Positions 1-14,340 of a DNA stretch of 64,000 bases are shown piece after piece. The stretch's first letter is position 1; every line of letters begins with the position of its first letter. Where the stretch lies: the NCBI GenBank assembly GCA_028534125.1, contig CM052816.1, positions 92,878,001-92,942,000 of the forward strand, in the 5' to 3' direction. The translations under genes and the position numbers were made by a program. The stretch comes from Lama glama (taxonomy: Eukaryota). A model generated the notes under the pieces. The model searched no databases. It was not told where the DNA came from and saw only the letters and a program-made list of their open reading frames with translations.

Positions 1-519
1 CAATTGTCAGCTAACTTCAAATGCTGAGGAACTATCACTGCGCACTGCTGAGTACTCCTGAATGAAACAGTAGCCACTTCATTGTGCTGATGAATTTTTA
101 ATTCCTGTTTCTCTGGATAACAAGTTCTACTTTCCAAAGAATTTCCAACCCACAGAAGAACAGCTAAGGAGGCATGTGATGGACGTGCTCAGTCAACCCC
201 ACCTACTCAGAGCTCAGCTCCAGCAGACACTTCCTGCAGCTGTGGCTCACACAACAATGTTCTTTGGATTTTTCTGGCAATAGTTGGCCATTTAGGACAA
301 CAAAATCCTGCACCCTCCTTAATCCCGGGGCACTTCCCTTTACACCACAAATACTGCCATGTGTCTCTGTCGCAGCCGTGGGAGGTCACAGCGGGGAAGG
401 CTGGGTGTGCATGCGTTTCAGGGGGGATGATGGCAGGATTCTAGCAAGCCTAACGGAACTCCTGACAACTGTTACTAAGGAAACGCGTGCAACGCCTGTG
501 TGGTGTCGGGGCCTGTTCT

Positions 520-630
520 AGGCACTCCCCGGTACTAAGTGACTCAGTCACCACAACAGACCTCTGAGTGAGGACCATCCCTGCCCCCACTTTACAGAGA
601 GGCGAGTAAGTCGCCCCCGGTCAGAGCCAC
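520..630 (-). mobile_element. MIR SINE fragment
   Basis: ccatccctgcccccactttacagagagg...taagtcgcccccggtcagagc resembles the reverse MIR core. Confidence 0.5.
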
Positions 631-2295
631 CCCTCAAGCATCCACCGTCGGGGTAACTTTCCACACTACACCATGGCCCTTACTCCACCTCTGTCTGCAA
701 ATCAGAATGACATTTTGATGGGTGACCTGCTCACCACAATGGTCTTGTTTCAGACAGCCTCTTCCCCAAATCTTTTGTCTGAAATGACACTCTACCGTGT
801 GTTTCTCCAGATCTCTATTTAGTAAGAGAGTTTTCCCTGTACTTGAGGGCACTTTCCCATATGACATGCGCCCATGCTGACCATACAATGACTGTCCGCC
901 TCCAGCAGCCCAGAGGGGCCAGGACCTTGCTTCCGGCTAAGCTGTCAGCCATCCTAAGGACAAGGATGACCTGGCAGAGGAAGGAGGGAAGTCACACTCC
1001 TCTGTGCCCACCGACCGGGGAGGAAGCGGCACCCCTTCCTCTCATGCACTCCCAAGACCCCATCCCCCTCCCTCCCTGCACTCGGCTCCCAAACTGCCTA
1101 TGCGGTGAACAGACAGACAGGCTTTCAAAATCAATCTTTTGTTGTGCGAGGTCAAGGCAAGATCTCACAGGAGCATTGTCACCGATAACACTTTTTTGGC
1201 TTCAAACAAGACATATGATTCCAAACAAGGGTTTCCCAAGAAATAAAAAGCACAAGCAGTTTTTTACAGTCTATAGCTACCGGCCAGCTCTAGTACGTTT
1301 ATCAAGGTTTAGAAAAACTTAAAGCATCCACTGACAGTTTTTCGCTCTTTCATCAAGGTCCAGAAGCATTCAAGACACCCTTGAAGACTCCAGAGAGCAA
1401 GCTGCAGCTCTTCCTCCAAGTGTTGCTTTTACTTAAAAGTATCAGATGTGTTCTGAGGTGCGGTGGAACAATAGTCAAATAATAAAGAGGGGGTAAAAAG
1501 CTATCTGTTTTACAGAACAATCAGCTAGAGCTTGCTTTCCTCCCTGAATCCTAACCGCTCCTTGCACTTCTCAACAGCCAGCAGCCCGCACCTGCCCCAC
1601 CTGCCCGGAGTCCCTCCTCCACAGGGGACAGGGACGTGCAGACTCTCCTTGAGAGGGTGGCTCACAGTGTCCCCCACGACGCATGCACATTCTTGAGGGC
1701 ACTGAGGGGCATGCCGGGTGGATAACAGAATGGTAAGGGAGACTGCTTCTCAGAATTTATTACCTTTTTTTTTTTTACTAAGACTATAAAAAGGTCATTT
1801 GAAGATAAGATCTTTGTCTTCATAATATTATTCCATTATTAAGTACAAAGCCAGAAAGAGCCGACCAGAAAACATGTTCTGCCAAGTATCACCTCCCTAA
1901 TCAGATTCTGAAGAAAACCACCAGGACTAAGACGGTGTCGTCCTTGAGGGGGAATATGTCTGGAAATAAGGAATAAAGCTGTTTCTTTTTATTTACTTTT
2001 AACAAAGATGTCAAAGTGAATCCTCTAAGTAACCACCTTGGGATGCTACAGACTTACTCCAACACACACTCTAGAGAGGCACAAAGTCATCTGGAAGCTC
2101 TCTTTTCAAACTGCCCACAAAGCAGGTGGCACGTTCTCTGGAAGATTCTTAATGCAGTAAACTGTTATTCTTTCAGAAAAGAGTAGAATTTGGGAAGTAG
2201 GTAAATTATTCAGTGCCAAGCATAGGTGAGTAGAATACAGAAACCTGCTTACTCCATTTCTTTTTTTAAGTTATGACTATACCTGGAATATCAAG

Positions 2296-2390
2296 TATCT
2301 ACTGTATAACAATCCACCCAAAACTTAGTGGCTCAAAACAACAACTTCTTATTTCTCATGACTCTGTGGGTTGACTGGGTAGTTCTTCAG
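2296..2390 (-). mobile_element. MLT1 (ERVL-MaLR) LTR fragment
   Basis: tgtataacaatccacccaaaacttagtggctcaaaacaacaac...tctcatgactctgtgggttgactggg is typical of an MLT1 LTR end. Confidence 0.75.
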
Positions 2391-3659
2391 AATTATGAAT
2401 AAAGTCATAAATAAAATCATACATGACTGAAATGAATATACTGGTATTCACAGCAGAAGACACTGATTGCTAAAATTACTTCAACTTGTGAAAAGGGCCT
2501 AAGAATAGTCTAGAAATGTTGGTTAGGCTGGCATTATATGGGACTTTCACAGGGTGATAACAGGACTTTCATTTTTATCTTTTTTTTCCTGAAACTGTCA
2601 AAGCAAAGTAAGCATGACTGCCATTTAGGTCCACCTATACTTCTGGGCCCAGATTTTCAATCACTTCTGGGTTTTCGCTTTTATTTAATGCAGGTCTTAT
2701 GATCTGCAGACAATCAATATTTTCAGAAAAATGAGCAATTTATTCAGAATTAATAAATGAGCAGAACTAATTCATTACTATTATCAAAGTAAATTTGACT
2801 AAGTGAAGCAATAAAAAGAACCTCTCCCTTCACGTAATGGGTCGTCTCAGCTCAGAGCTCCTCCCTCCTTCCAGGAAACGGTTCTGTTATCAGAGCAGTT
2901 ACACTTAATTCTCAAAATTAACAAACAATGCAGCCAAACATTCTTAAAAACGACAGGATGTGACCTGGCCAAAGTATCACAATCAAAATGCAATGCATTT
3001 ACCTGCAACCAATCCAGTGTCAGAAGTCTTATATAAAAGCATATTTCAGTTTTAAAGCACTGCTATGGCTAAGGTACAATTTTAACTCTTATTATACTTT
3101 TGTTGTATGATAAACAGAAGCAAAATCTCCTTAAGTTACTCCAAAACATAAGCAGCAGATCGGAAATAAGTTTTCCTTCCGGGTACAATTAGCTTTGAAG
3201 GAATACTAATTTTTTAAACATGTTAAGAGAATTTTTGGCTAACTTTGAAAAAGCAAAAACTCAGTCATTTAATAAAAGAGAAGAAAAATTAACTCACTAA
3301 ATGGGTAATTTGTTCATACGCTGGAAGTGAAAGTAATTATCTAACATCAGTAACCACACCAAAGCTGAAACTGAGGGGAGGTCCTCGTAGTGAATGAATG
3401 GCTCTATTATGTACCATGAACCCTTTGAAAACCCAGTGCCTTTCAGTTAAGACACTCCTCTTATCGGGATTACATGTCTCCCACCACAACTTACAGCTGG
3501 CAGGTCTCTCCTTGCAGACCCAGTCCAACAATTTCTAGGCTGACCCAGGCCCAAGGGGGAAATACCAAGCGTAAGCCATGTAGTCGGCAGACACGTACCG
3601 GGCACTCACAGTAATCCTGAACGTGGCCTGCGTGTCCAGAGGTGAAGCACAAACGTTTA

Positions 3660-3850
3660 CTCCCTGCCCCAAGAAGTATACCCATCCTACAGGGGAGACT
3701 GAAATAAACTACATAATCAACACAATCCGTATTCAAGTGACAAGTGCAATTAAAGACGAAGGACAGGATCCTGTGAAGTGTCTAAAAGGGAGTTTCCTAA
3801 CCTGAGGGGTCAGAGAAGCCTTGTAGCAAGTGAGCTAAGACCTAAGGATG
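3660..3850 (-). mobile_element. L2 LINE fragment
   Basis: ctgccccaagaagtatacccatcctacaggggagac...ggggtcagagaagcctt...gagctaagacctaaggatg follows the L2 pattern. Confidence 0.6.
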
Positions 3851-6800
3851 GGGAAGGCTGGGGAGGGGCGGGGCCCTGAGAAGGGCAGGGGCGTCCTTCA
3901 TAATCAGAATGAAGGGATCACAGTGAGGGGAGGGGTGAGTGCAGGGCCCCTGACTCAATGGCACAACAGGCAAAGCCCCTAGGACATGGCATCTGGCTCC
4001 CAGAAGACACTGTGGCCATGACTGGTTCTCCCACCCTGGGGAGGGCAGAAGCCTAGGTCAGAATTACTGGCTTATGGCCAGCGCACTACTCTCACGCCCT
4101 TGTTCTAGTCAATGGAGGACTGTGCCCTGACCCCTAAATGATGCTACTTCAGGGGGGTCTCCAAACCACAAGCATTTACTTGGGCAACCCCAACGTAGGC
4201 TACATTCTCTCCTTCCAAGTCTGCTTGACCCATTCCAACTCTACCCAAGCCTCCTCACCCCAGCTCCCTATCTGGGCCAGGGTGCAGCACCTCATCTGAC
4301 TTAGGAAACCAAGATCCAACAAAGGGAATGGTCAGACCAAAGGTACCGACTGGACAAGGCTCTGTTCAAGGTCAGCAAAGCTCTGGTAGTGAATGTGGCA
4401 CCCTGCCACAGATCTTCTTCTCTGGGGTAACAGGGAAGAAGGCAGGCAGGGGATTAAGAAAGAGAATAAAATTATGTAAAGAGAATACAAAATGCCACAG
4501 CCCCAGCGAGCTTCTCGGATGTCTGCTCCATAAAGTCCAGTCCACAGAATGACACCAGGAGTAGAAATATCCAAATAACAACAGTCACTTCTTAGGAAAA
4601 GAAGCTGGAACTTGTTTTATTCTTTGAAGGCAGCATGTGTTATAATTTTCCAAGAACTAACAGGCTTAAATCATTCAACAAAGAATAATATTTTTTGAAA
4701 GCAGGTAAAACAGTTTTGTGCCCTTCCAAAGAAAGACACCATTCAAAAGAATATTTAGCAATTTTGCCTTAATAATCCAGAATCTTGAGAACACTGAATT
4801 TTTTTAAACCAGTGCAGATTCTACTTCTATAAATATCTCACAACTGTCTTTAATGGAATCTAGAAATATGAATATTTAACACCTCAAGTTGCAGGTTTGG
4901 GGGAATACTTTTCAGGAAAAGATTTTTCCATAGTTTTTAATAAACTGAAAGATGCATATGCTGGAAATGAACTGTCTTGCTACTATTCACAAAGACTTGA
5001 GTCTGACTGGAAGAATAAGTTTTAAAACTAACTCTTGTTTGGTCAAGCACTTCCCAGGGCTCCAAGCCACTTGCTCCGTATGAACAGCCTGATTCCTGAG
5101 GGGTTCTGAGGATACAGGTATGAGCAAAGGTGGCCCTCGGAGTTCAGTCCACGGGAGTCAACTGTGGGCTTGACTGGGCAGGATCAAGAGGGTTAAGAGG
5201 TTCGAAGAGCCAGACCCAGGCTCACACAGTCTAGTCAGGGCCTAACGCGAGGGCCCCCGTACTTACGGCACAACAGCAGGAGGAGAATCACCCAAGCGAC
5301 GTGGCTGATCCAGCAACTTCTGAAAACGCCCCAATTCCCACCATTACAGTTCCACATTAAGGTTGTGCTGTTGCTTCCAGAAGTTCTCAGTGAAACGTCG
5401 TTATGGTAAACGAGAGCATTAACACCTTAAATGAAAGGGTTGGATCAAATGATCTGAAACTTCTTGAATCTTTAAAACTCTGATTCTATACTTAGTGAAA
5501 TTAAGTGCTGGGCAGAGAGTGTGGCCCAAAGGACCACAAGACTGGACAAAGACGCTCCACCATGTCAATAAGAACCCAGGTGGTTAGGAGAGGCTAACAG
5601 GTATAACACAGTGCCAGCAGAAAAAACCCAGTTATAAGTTAGACTGTACAATATTAGCAATGTTTATGAAACACATGCTATATACAAATATCTATACTTA
5701 AGGGGATAAAACACTAAAAGTATGTATTTCAAGACTTTAACAGTGATTACTTTAGAGTGAAAGGATTTCAGCAACTATTTTCCTTCTGTTTCCTAAATTT
5801 CCACAATGCACATTACTGGCAGAGCCCTGGTGGAGACCGAGGTCTCTCACGATTCTACACATGACGCAAGCAGAGGCACTCTTTGCTCCAGATCATCATT
5901 ACAAGGATCAATTTAGGCAAACAGACTCAGAAGACAGTGTTTCCCCCCAGAGCAAAGGCAGGTCTGCTTAAGGCCTTGGAAGGCAAAGAGACGGTCTCTC
6001 TTCAGAGCAAAGAACAGCCAGGTTTACAGTCCAGTATAAAAGACTCAGGGTTCCTCTCCTACGATACACCCCACAGCATGCACAAGTATTGACTAGCCTT
6101 CTCAGCATCACCCTATAGAAATCAGGTTTTCTAGAACTAGTGCCCCAAAATGCTGATACCATGACTACTGTTAGCACCATGAGTAATAAAATTTCTTGGT
6201 CTCTGAGCCAGGAGTCTCGTGTCTTCTGTCAGCAGCTGTCAGACTGTGGCAGACTAACCTTTTAGCTTGCGAGTAGGGTAAACAGCTCAGCGGTTCGTGG
6301 TTCTTGATACACACATGCTACTGTTACCACCTGAGATGCTTATTATTGGCTCGAAATGGTTTCCACTGCTTCCAGCCAAAGCCGTGACTAATGATGTAAC
6401 TGCTTTAGGAATCGGGTCTTTATACGTCTTTTCAAAAAGAGAAAGGGATAGGGGTCAGCACTGGACAGGGTGAAGGGCATTCTCACTGCTGCTGCACCCC
6501 TGCTGTGTGAGGGGCGCTGTGCCCGGAGCTGAGACAGGTTGGGCAGGAAGCACCCTGACATACAAGCGTATGTGCCCACATACATGCCCGACGCCACAGG
6601 AGCAAGTGATCCAGGACAAGGTGCTCTGAGCGGGCAGGAGAGGGGAATCAGAGCGAGTCTGCAGGGGTTGAGGGAGGCTTTCCTGACCTTCGACAGATAT
6701 CACTCAGTGGTGCACAGGTAGACCTTTCTTCTCCTGGCAGGCAGGTCTTCATTCTAGAGAAAGTTTACAAATTTAAACAACTGGCACAAATTTACCTGCC

Positions 6801-7109
6801 CTCCATCAATCAACCCAACTATGTTTTTGCAATTATAGACTAACAGCGTAATTACAGGATGAATGCTAAGCAGCAGACTGATCAGCACTTCACGACCAGT
6901 CTACCCAGAAACCAACCCAGCATCACCTTAAGCTGTTAACCACCAACCACAGCCAAATGGCCTTCGATGACTTCTGCATGTAAAGCTCTGGAATATTATC
7001 CAGTAAATGGCACAAATTTAAGCGGAAGGTTCTTTAACACTTCATAGTCCCTTGTGGCCAGAAGGTGGCTACAAACAAATGAAAACAGTTTAAGGGTTTT
7101 CTAAGAACA

Positions 7110-7205
7110 CTGGACTCAGGGTCAGAACTTTAAATTGACCCTCAACTTCCTCCACATGACTCTGGGCAAGTCACTTAACCACCCAGGCAGACAGATGCCT
7201 CATCA
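7110..7205 (+). mobile_element. MIR SINE fragment
   Basis: tgactctgggcaagtcacttaacc MIR core motif. Confidence 0.6.
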
Positions 7206-7719
7206 GTCACAAAAAAGGAGCAGAGCACAGACTACTGGGATTTCTAAACGTCTAAAGGTAGAATGATTGTTTCAACTACTTAGATGGCATTCAGTGGCAG
7301 TGCCCCATTTCACACATAACATAACCTGAAAAACACAAATGTCCCCAAAAATCAGGCAGATGAGGCAGGATAATTTCAGTTAGGCTTAGAGATGTATGAC
7401 TTCCAGTCACAACTAATCTTCGCTGTTTAAAAACAACTTTTTTCCCTGATAAAAGTAACATACGTGTGATATGGCCTTTTTTTTTTCAGAAAAAAATACA
7501 GATAACCAATAATTTCACAACCCAAAGGCAACCATCACTAACATTTAAATAAATCTCATTTAGAGTTTTTAAAATGTATATAATCACAAATATATAGATA
7601 GGCTTACATAAAATCTAGTAAAGTAGTGATTCCACATAAAACACACAGCACCAACTAAAACAGAACAGACAAGTTAAGGGAAGTGCTCAGAAAAACCTAC
7701 AAAGTGCTCAAAAGTGCTC

Positions 7720-8790
7720 AGGACAAGTTGAAACTTGAGCAGGCTCCCACTGGCCAACCTGAAACAATCTGGGCAGAAATAATGATAATAATGGATAATA
7801 ATCAATAGAACTAATTGACAATCTATGAGCCTATTCTGATATAAATAAATAGGTAAATGAGTAGGGAAAGCTCTTTCTTCCAGTAGCATTCCAACTAATA
7901 TAAGAATAAGGGAAGGAATTAGAAAACTACCATTTGGCAAATACCAGACAAGCAAAAATCACCAATGGGTATAAAGTTAAAAGGGGAAAGCATGATGAGA
8001 AATGTGATTCTTACACGGTTTCAAAGAAAATCCTCACAAGATACTAATTACAAAGCAAAAAGTTATTAATTTTACAAAGGAGATTGGTAGGAACCACCTA
8101 AGTGATCAAAGTTAATGTCACCAGTCATGGGACAGACACACAACGCTGTGTGCTTCCTGATGAAACGCACAGGGACGAGCGCATCACTTCCACCACCCTT
8201 CTAGCAAAAATGCATCCTCTGAAGCTAATCATGAGGAAGTAACACAGAAATCCAGACAGAGGAACACTCAACAATTTGGCTAGAATTCACTAGCTTGTAT
8301 TCCTCAAAACTGTCAAGGTCCTGACAGATAAGGAAAGACTGAGTAGCTAGCTCTTCCAGATTAAAAGAGAACCAAAGAGACAAGCAACTAAATGCATGTG
8401 TGATCCCGGAACAGACCCCGCACCAGATAAAGGACATTACCGAGACGACTGGAAAAATCTGAATAAGGTTTCTAAATTAAACGACCGTGCTCAATCAACG
8501 CAACTTTCCTGATTGCGATCATTTTACTGTGGTATGTAATAGAACATCCTTGGTTTTAGGAAGTACACCCTGAGGTATCTGGTGGTAAGAGAGGCATCAT
8601 GTCTACAACTTAATTACAAATGTTTCAGAAAAAAAAAAAGTTTACCTAGAGGATTAAAAAATATATAAAAAACAGAAAGAAGAAAACATGAATGATATAA
8701 CAAATGTGGTAAAATACTAACATTGGGGAAATCAGGGTGAAAAGTATTTAGAATTATTTCATATAATGTTTGCAGGTTTTCTGGCTGTCT
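7720..8790 (+). mobile_element. Old L1 3' end (L1MC4/5-like)
   Basis: Diagnostic blocks gtgatcaaagttaatgtcaccagt, ctaatcatgaggaa, tcctcaaaactgtcaaggtc, ccagattaaaagagaaccaaagagac, caaatgtggtaaaatactaacattggggaa. Confidence 0.85.
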
Positions 8791-11700
8791 GGCATTATGT
8801 CAATGTCTTACACATGTGTGCATATATGTACACTTACAGTGGACATCTTTCTGTAAAAGTAAATACAGATCTAAACCATCCCCTATAAGGGCCATCTAGT
8901 ATTCCTGTATTGAATATGCCATAAGCTGTTTAACACTGCCAACTCCGCTACCGGCAATGCCTAAATATTCAAGCATTCGCCTACGCACACCGTTTATTTC
9001 AGCAGAATTCCTAGAATAACATCCTTCCCTTGAAACACAGACTTTACTTGAATTTTTAAAATTCAGTTACTATCCAGGTATCTAGAGATGTCTATGGACT
9101 TAACATATAACTTAAAAATGAATCAAGTCCTAAATCTCTCACCATGTCCATCTTTCCACCTAGTGGGGCACCTGTATAACAGTGAAGAAAGAAAATGATA
9201 ATTTTAAATAGTCAAACAAAAGGGCCCTATGTGCCTTATTTACTTTACTTCCATTTATAGACTTTAAAGAGAAAATGAAAGACTGAGAGCATAAATACAA
9301 AGGAAAAACAAACTACCTACCGGCTGCTGATCCACGCTCAGAGACATCAAACTGGAGGATGGAAACAACATGAATCAGAAGAATTCATAAAATTACACAC
9401 ACGCCAAGAAGTGGAAAGACAAGTCATATTTCTAAGAAACTTCAGGGGTAGAAAGTCCCTTAGCAATGCGTGTGGCACCTGCTGATTTTGACAATGCAGG
9501 GATGCTCAACACATGAGTGGACAGAGCTGCACCGACTGCCTGGTCCTCAAGGTGCCTCGCTGGAACTGGGGCTGGACAGGCCAGAAGTGCTGACGGAGCC
9601 AACGCTCTTGCTGAGAATAGTGAGAAAGCACAGGAAGAGAGGCAGGCTGGTCAGTCCAGAGGTGGAGCAGAGGATTTGGGCTTAGAGTCTGCACCAGGCA
9701 CGGCATACTAAGAGCACACCATAAACGGTCACTAGGATTTTCAGTAACTTCAGCATCCTCCTCTTCATCTTTAACTGCAGTAGTCAGGGAGGCTGTAAGA
9801 ATGCATGGGAGGTCTTATTCCCCAGTTTCACATAAATCAGTCACCTAAACGCATGTGGAAATAATCAGAAAGACGCCCCTGTCGGATGAGATGCTCTGAC
9901 TCTGCTGACAGAGGATGGCAGAGCCTGAAGGACGACCACGGGCCTGCCGGTTATGACATCTGACCACCACACGACTGCCTCACTGGTTACAGAGCGCTTT
10001 CTGAATGACATGTAGTAACTGATCTCTGGCTTCTGACCATGAGAACGAGATGACAGTGAATGATTTCACCATCTGAAAACACGATCTTGAACATAAAGAG
10101 CTAGCCAGCTTCAGAGTACGAACCACCACTTTTATCAAAGGAAAAAGGTTCATTTCTAGGTTTTCGTATTTTAAAAGTAGACATGAACAGAAAATCTGGT
10201 CAATGTATCACCAGTTAGAAGGAAATAAACAGAAATTCCACTAATTCTCAAATAAGCAGTTAAATTTAGTAATATATCCTTACACTATTTTATCTATAAC
10301 ATGTGTGCCCAAGGGTAAAAAGAAAAATAGAAGCAAGTAACAGTACTGTTTTGTAAATTGCCTGATCACTTTCTTAATAATGAACATCCTTCGGTATCAA
10401 GGTGTATTATTATTATAGTATTACCCTACTACCTACCTCATTTTAATGGCTGAATAAAAATATTTTAATCAAAAATATGTGCCATACAATAAAGAGAAAT
10501 TCAAAGTTATTACTAATAAATAGAAGCTGAACGGAAACGCAGTTTTGCACACAAAACTTCCAAATTCGAGCTCCTGGAATTAGAGCAGTTATTGACAGAT
10601 TTCTGAGTTACTTCCCAGCAGGGCCTCCATTCCATTCCCAGCAGCAGCAGAAAGCTTTTGAAAATATCCAGAGTTCTCCAAATCTCATAAGCTGTTAAAA
10701 ACAATGCCATATATGGCACTTTCCCGTACCCATCATCACTCTTTTACCTTCAAAGTAAACTATGTCTTGCGGAGTAACCATTTCTGACTTGTAAGCCACA
10801 CTCAAGGTTTTTAAAACTCTGATTTTAAGGGTAGTCCAGACTCAGCCCTGAGGATAGGTAATGCCCATGCAGAATTTGTTTAATCGGTGTAATAACAAAC
10901 CAGATCTATTCTATTAAACAGACCCTCCCTCTTCTATTCTAGACCAGTAAATACTCATGGAAAGGCCAGCGTTATACTGACTGAATAAGTAGGGTTCTAT
11001 CATATTCTTGTTATTAACTACCTTACAGGCAGTTCTGATTCACACCTGTTGTCCCAGCATAGTTACTAACAGCACTCCCTTTCATTCTTACAGATGTTCT
11101 GGTTTGTACAACAAATTATTTGGTAACCTACCTTGGGCTTCCAAGAAGTTACTGGGGGCACTTCCTCTACATTTGAATGAGACACTTGCTAAATGAAAGC
11201 ATTCCTTATTATTGTCATTACTATTATTATTAGTGCTAAATACGTTCCTCTCCTTTACAATACAATCACATTATCCCTGACGATTAGATGCATCGTTCTT
11301 TCTGAATTTCTTTTATTAGGGTGCATTATCTCCCAATTCTAGTCTTTATTACTCTTTCTAAATTCCGTCTATTTTTCGTTCACATCTTTGATATGCCAAC
11401 ATCCCCTAATATGCTTGGTTTAAAAAAAAAAGTGTGAACATTGAACAATAAATGAGCTACCTGGGGTTACTAAATACAGAGGTTAATCAGCACAATGAGG
11501 ATTTCACGGTGAAGAAGCAGGGCTGCTAGCTTCAGGAAGATATGCTAAGAACCACGAGATTCTCCACTAATAATTATTTTTCCAGTCTGCAACTTTCCTG
11601 ACTGTGGCCTAATTCTTTAAGTCCTGATTAGTGTCTACTTTATCATCAGAATGAACTTCCCTATTCATCTGACCTATGATTTATTCACTCTTCTTATTGT

Positions 11701-14204
11701 TATAAATTATACTACAGGTGTTAATGATAATGAAAGTTAAGGGGCTATTCTCAAATGGCGGTAGAAGACCGCATGCGCACTGCATAGCCGACAAATGACT
11801 CATGATCAATAACTTGCTTCTAATTTCTAGAAAAATCATTTCAACATTTGTGGATGCAGAATGTAACAGACACATATGCCAAGTAGGCCCAACTGGGTTT
11901 TTTGATAAATACTGTGGGAACTTTAATGAACCAGCTCTGCCCCACAGGGTGGGACCCAGAGGCAGACGAACAGTGGACAGATCTCTGGTCAATGCCACAG
12001 TACAAGGCCTCCCACCTGTGTGCTGGGGGGAGGTCTGCAAAGGTGGAAGCGTTGTGCCTGCCACTCCCTCCTTTCCAGGAGAACTTGCTGGGCTACTTAA
12101 TTAATTATATGTATCAATCTCGGGGGAAGGGTATTGTTACCTAATTCAGGAGGGAAATCCTAGAAGCACTTGTGTGGATACAACTGATTAAATTACTATG
12201 CAGCGCTATCTGGCTTTATTTTCAGAAGCCACAGGTGTCAAATGAAGGGGCAGGTATGCAAATGTGTCCTGAAAAACTGAATAGACTAGGCCAGCCATTC
12301 ACTTCTGCTTGAGGAGGAATTAAACAAAATTTAGTAAGTTCTTTGAAGATGTGGGGGGATGGGCAGGTATCTGCAAAGGATTAGAAGCACCACAAGTCAC
12401 TGCCCCAAGCATCTGAGTCCATCTTCAAAAGAATAAAAAGGAGGAGAGAGAAGCCAAATCAAAGAAACACACTGAAGTTTCAGGTGCCTGAATCACTGAG
12501 ACAGGCAGGAAGTGAATAAAGGCGAGTGTCTGCGAGAAGGCCAGGAGCCAACTCCAGTTTCTCCTCTGAGTGGCTCAGACTTCTTTAGGAAGACATGTTT
12601 TGCACATACACATTTTTATAATGATCTCTTAAGAACAAAGAGGTTCACCAATGTCCTTTTTTAAACATTTGTGTAAGTGGTTGAGTTCACGGATGGTATT
12701 GGTATTTCTTTTTCTTTTCAGATTGCCTAAATTTGACGACATCCTCTTTGTCAGCAGCCAGGCTTCCCTACACACCTGAGCAGACGGGGTCTGACCCACG
12801 CAGCCCTACCCGTCACCTTGCAGCCCACAGGAGGGCCACAGGTTAGCAGTGGCCCCGGGGACCAGAGGAAGCAATCCCCTTCAGCAGGCTGTCTCCCCTG
12901 TTCAAAATTAGTGGCCTGCGTTAGATCAAGCCTGTAACATCCTCGCTATAGACCCGTTCACTAACAACCATATAAACCAGCTCTGTTGACCAAAAGAGGC
13001 CAACTGTCTGTGCAAGAAACGAACTAACTTCTGAAGACCTGGCTCTCTGCAGAGAACCACAGACCTCTTTAAAGCCCAGATGGGCAGAAATCACACAAAG
13101 TACCTTCGTGAGGGCAGGAAAATGAACTGCACTGACCCATAAATTTATGCATGCCTCAGTCGTGTTCCACCTGGGATAGGAATGACCCAACACACTCTCC
13201 CAGGCCACACACTTACTTAGCATAAAAAGTAACAGCCATCTCTGTTTTTCCGGACGAATCCTTTCCTGGCCCCTCCAATCCAATTCAACAGAAATACTGG
13301 GTGTTTGGAAAATGAGAAAAGTCTCAAAACCATTCCACTTGTTGCTGGGCTGGTGATTTTCATCCAAATTTGATAATAAATACATCATTAAGGGTATTGG
13401 GTGCTTCATTAAACCACGGGAGCAGAAGCACCAGACTTGTACACAGTATTCAAGAGTAGGCACGTGCCACAAGTCACGTGCCAGAATCCTCACTAAAGCT
13501 TGGGCTTAATGTGGAATAATCTTCACATGTAGACACATTTTTTTCAATACTGCTAGGACATTTTAAAAAATAACTTAAATACTAAAAATAGAAACAAATA
13601 TAAATCGAAAGTAATGTGATTCCCTAACCCTTACACCAAACTGGCAATTTGTAAGAGTTTTTAAAAGGGGAACCAGAGCCAGACTTGTAACGTCTGCAGT
13701 AAAAACCCAAGACCAACATTAAAGAATTATTCATGGAAAAACATTTTCACTACAATGAGCCAAAGCTCCACTGCTAAAAACACATTCGCTGTGCGCACAA
13801 GTGCACGGGCTCATCCCACGGCCTTTCCGCTTAAATGGCATCACCAGGTTCTCCCCACCCGGACGTTCCCAGGCCACATGGGATTCGACTCAAAGGACAG
13901 ACCTGGAAACGGGAGAGGCTACAGCAGAAAAGCTAAAAAACAGAGGAAAACCATCTGGAGCCAAAAGTTGTCACTGGTGGGCTTGCCTCCCTCCTTTCTC
14001 CCTTACCAGTCCCTCCTTACAGGTTATCATCAACGGTGCAGGGGAAAATGATGAGAATGAGGGCAGAAAAGTCACTCAAATACAGGAAACAGCTTTCAAG
14101 ACGTTAGCAAATAACGGGTCTCATTCGATAAGTCATGTGAAAAATAAACTGCATTAATTTATGCCCATGTCTACTGAGCTATTTAGTTGAAAACAGTTAA
14201 AGCT

Positions 14205-14340
14205 AAGTGGCTATGAGGCTGGACCAGGAACTAGGTTCAGATCATCCCATTCCTTAACTAACTCTGTACCATGGGCTACTTAACTCCTCTGTACCTCCAG
14301 TTCCCTGTGTGGAGTGGGGACAACAGTGTCCTTATTTAGT
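14205..14340 (+). mobile_element. MIR SINE
   Basis: ctaggttcagatc...ctacttaactcctctgtacctccagttccctgtgtggagtggggacaacag. Confidence 0.65.

Noticed and set aside
539..551. Near-palindrome GTGACTCAGTCAC containing an AP-1 site
   Set aside because: Short, isolated and within a probable MIR remnant.
9310..9372. Minus-strand ATG...CAGCAGCCG|GTAGGT (or GTAG|GTAGTT) as an alternative first exon
   Set aside because: The better donor is phase 0, the phase-1 donor is weak, and there is no promoter-like context nearby.
12921..13493. 190-aa minus-strand ORF, and other 100-160 aa intronic ORFs (843-1322, 42491-42961, 55959-56432)
   Set aside because: No recognisable domains, mostly non-ATG starts and no exon or retrocopy hallmarks. 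Such lengths are expected by chance.
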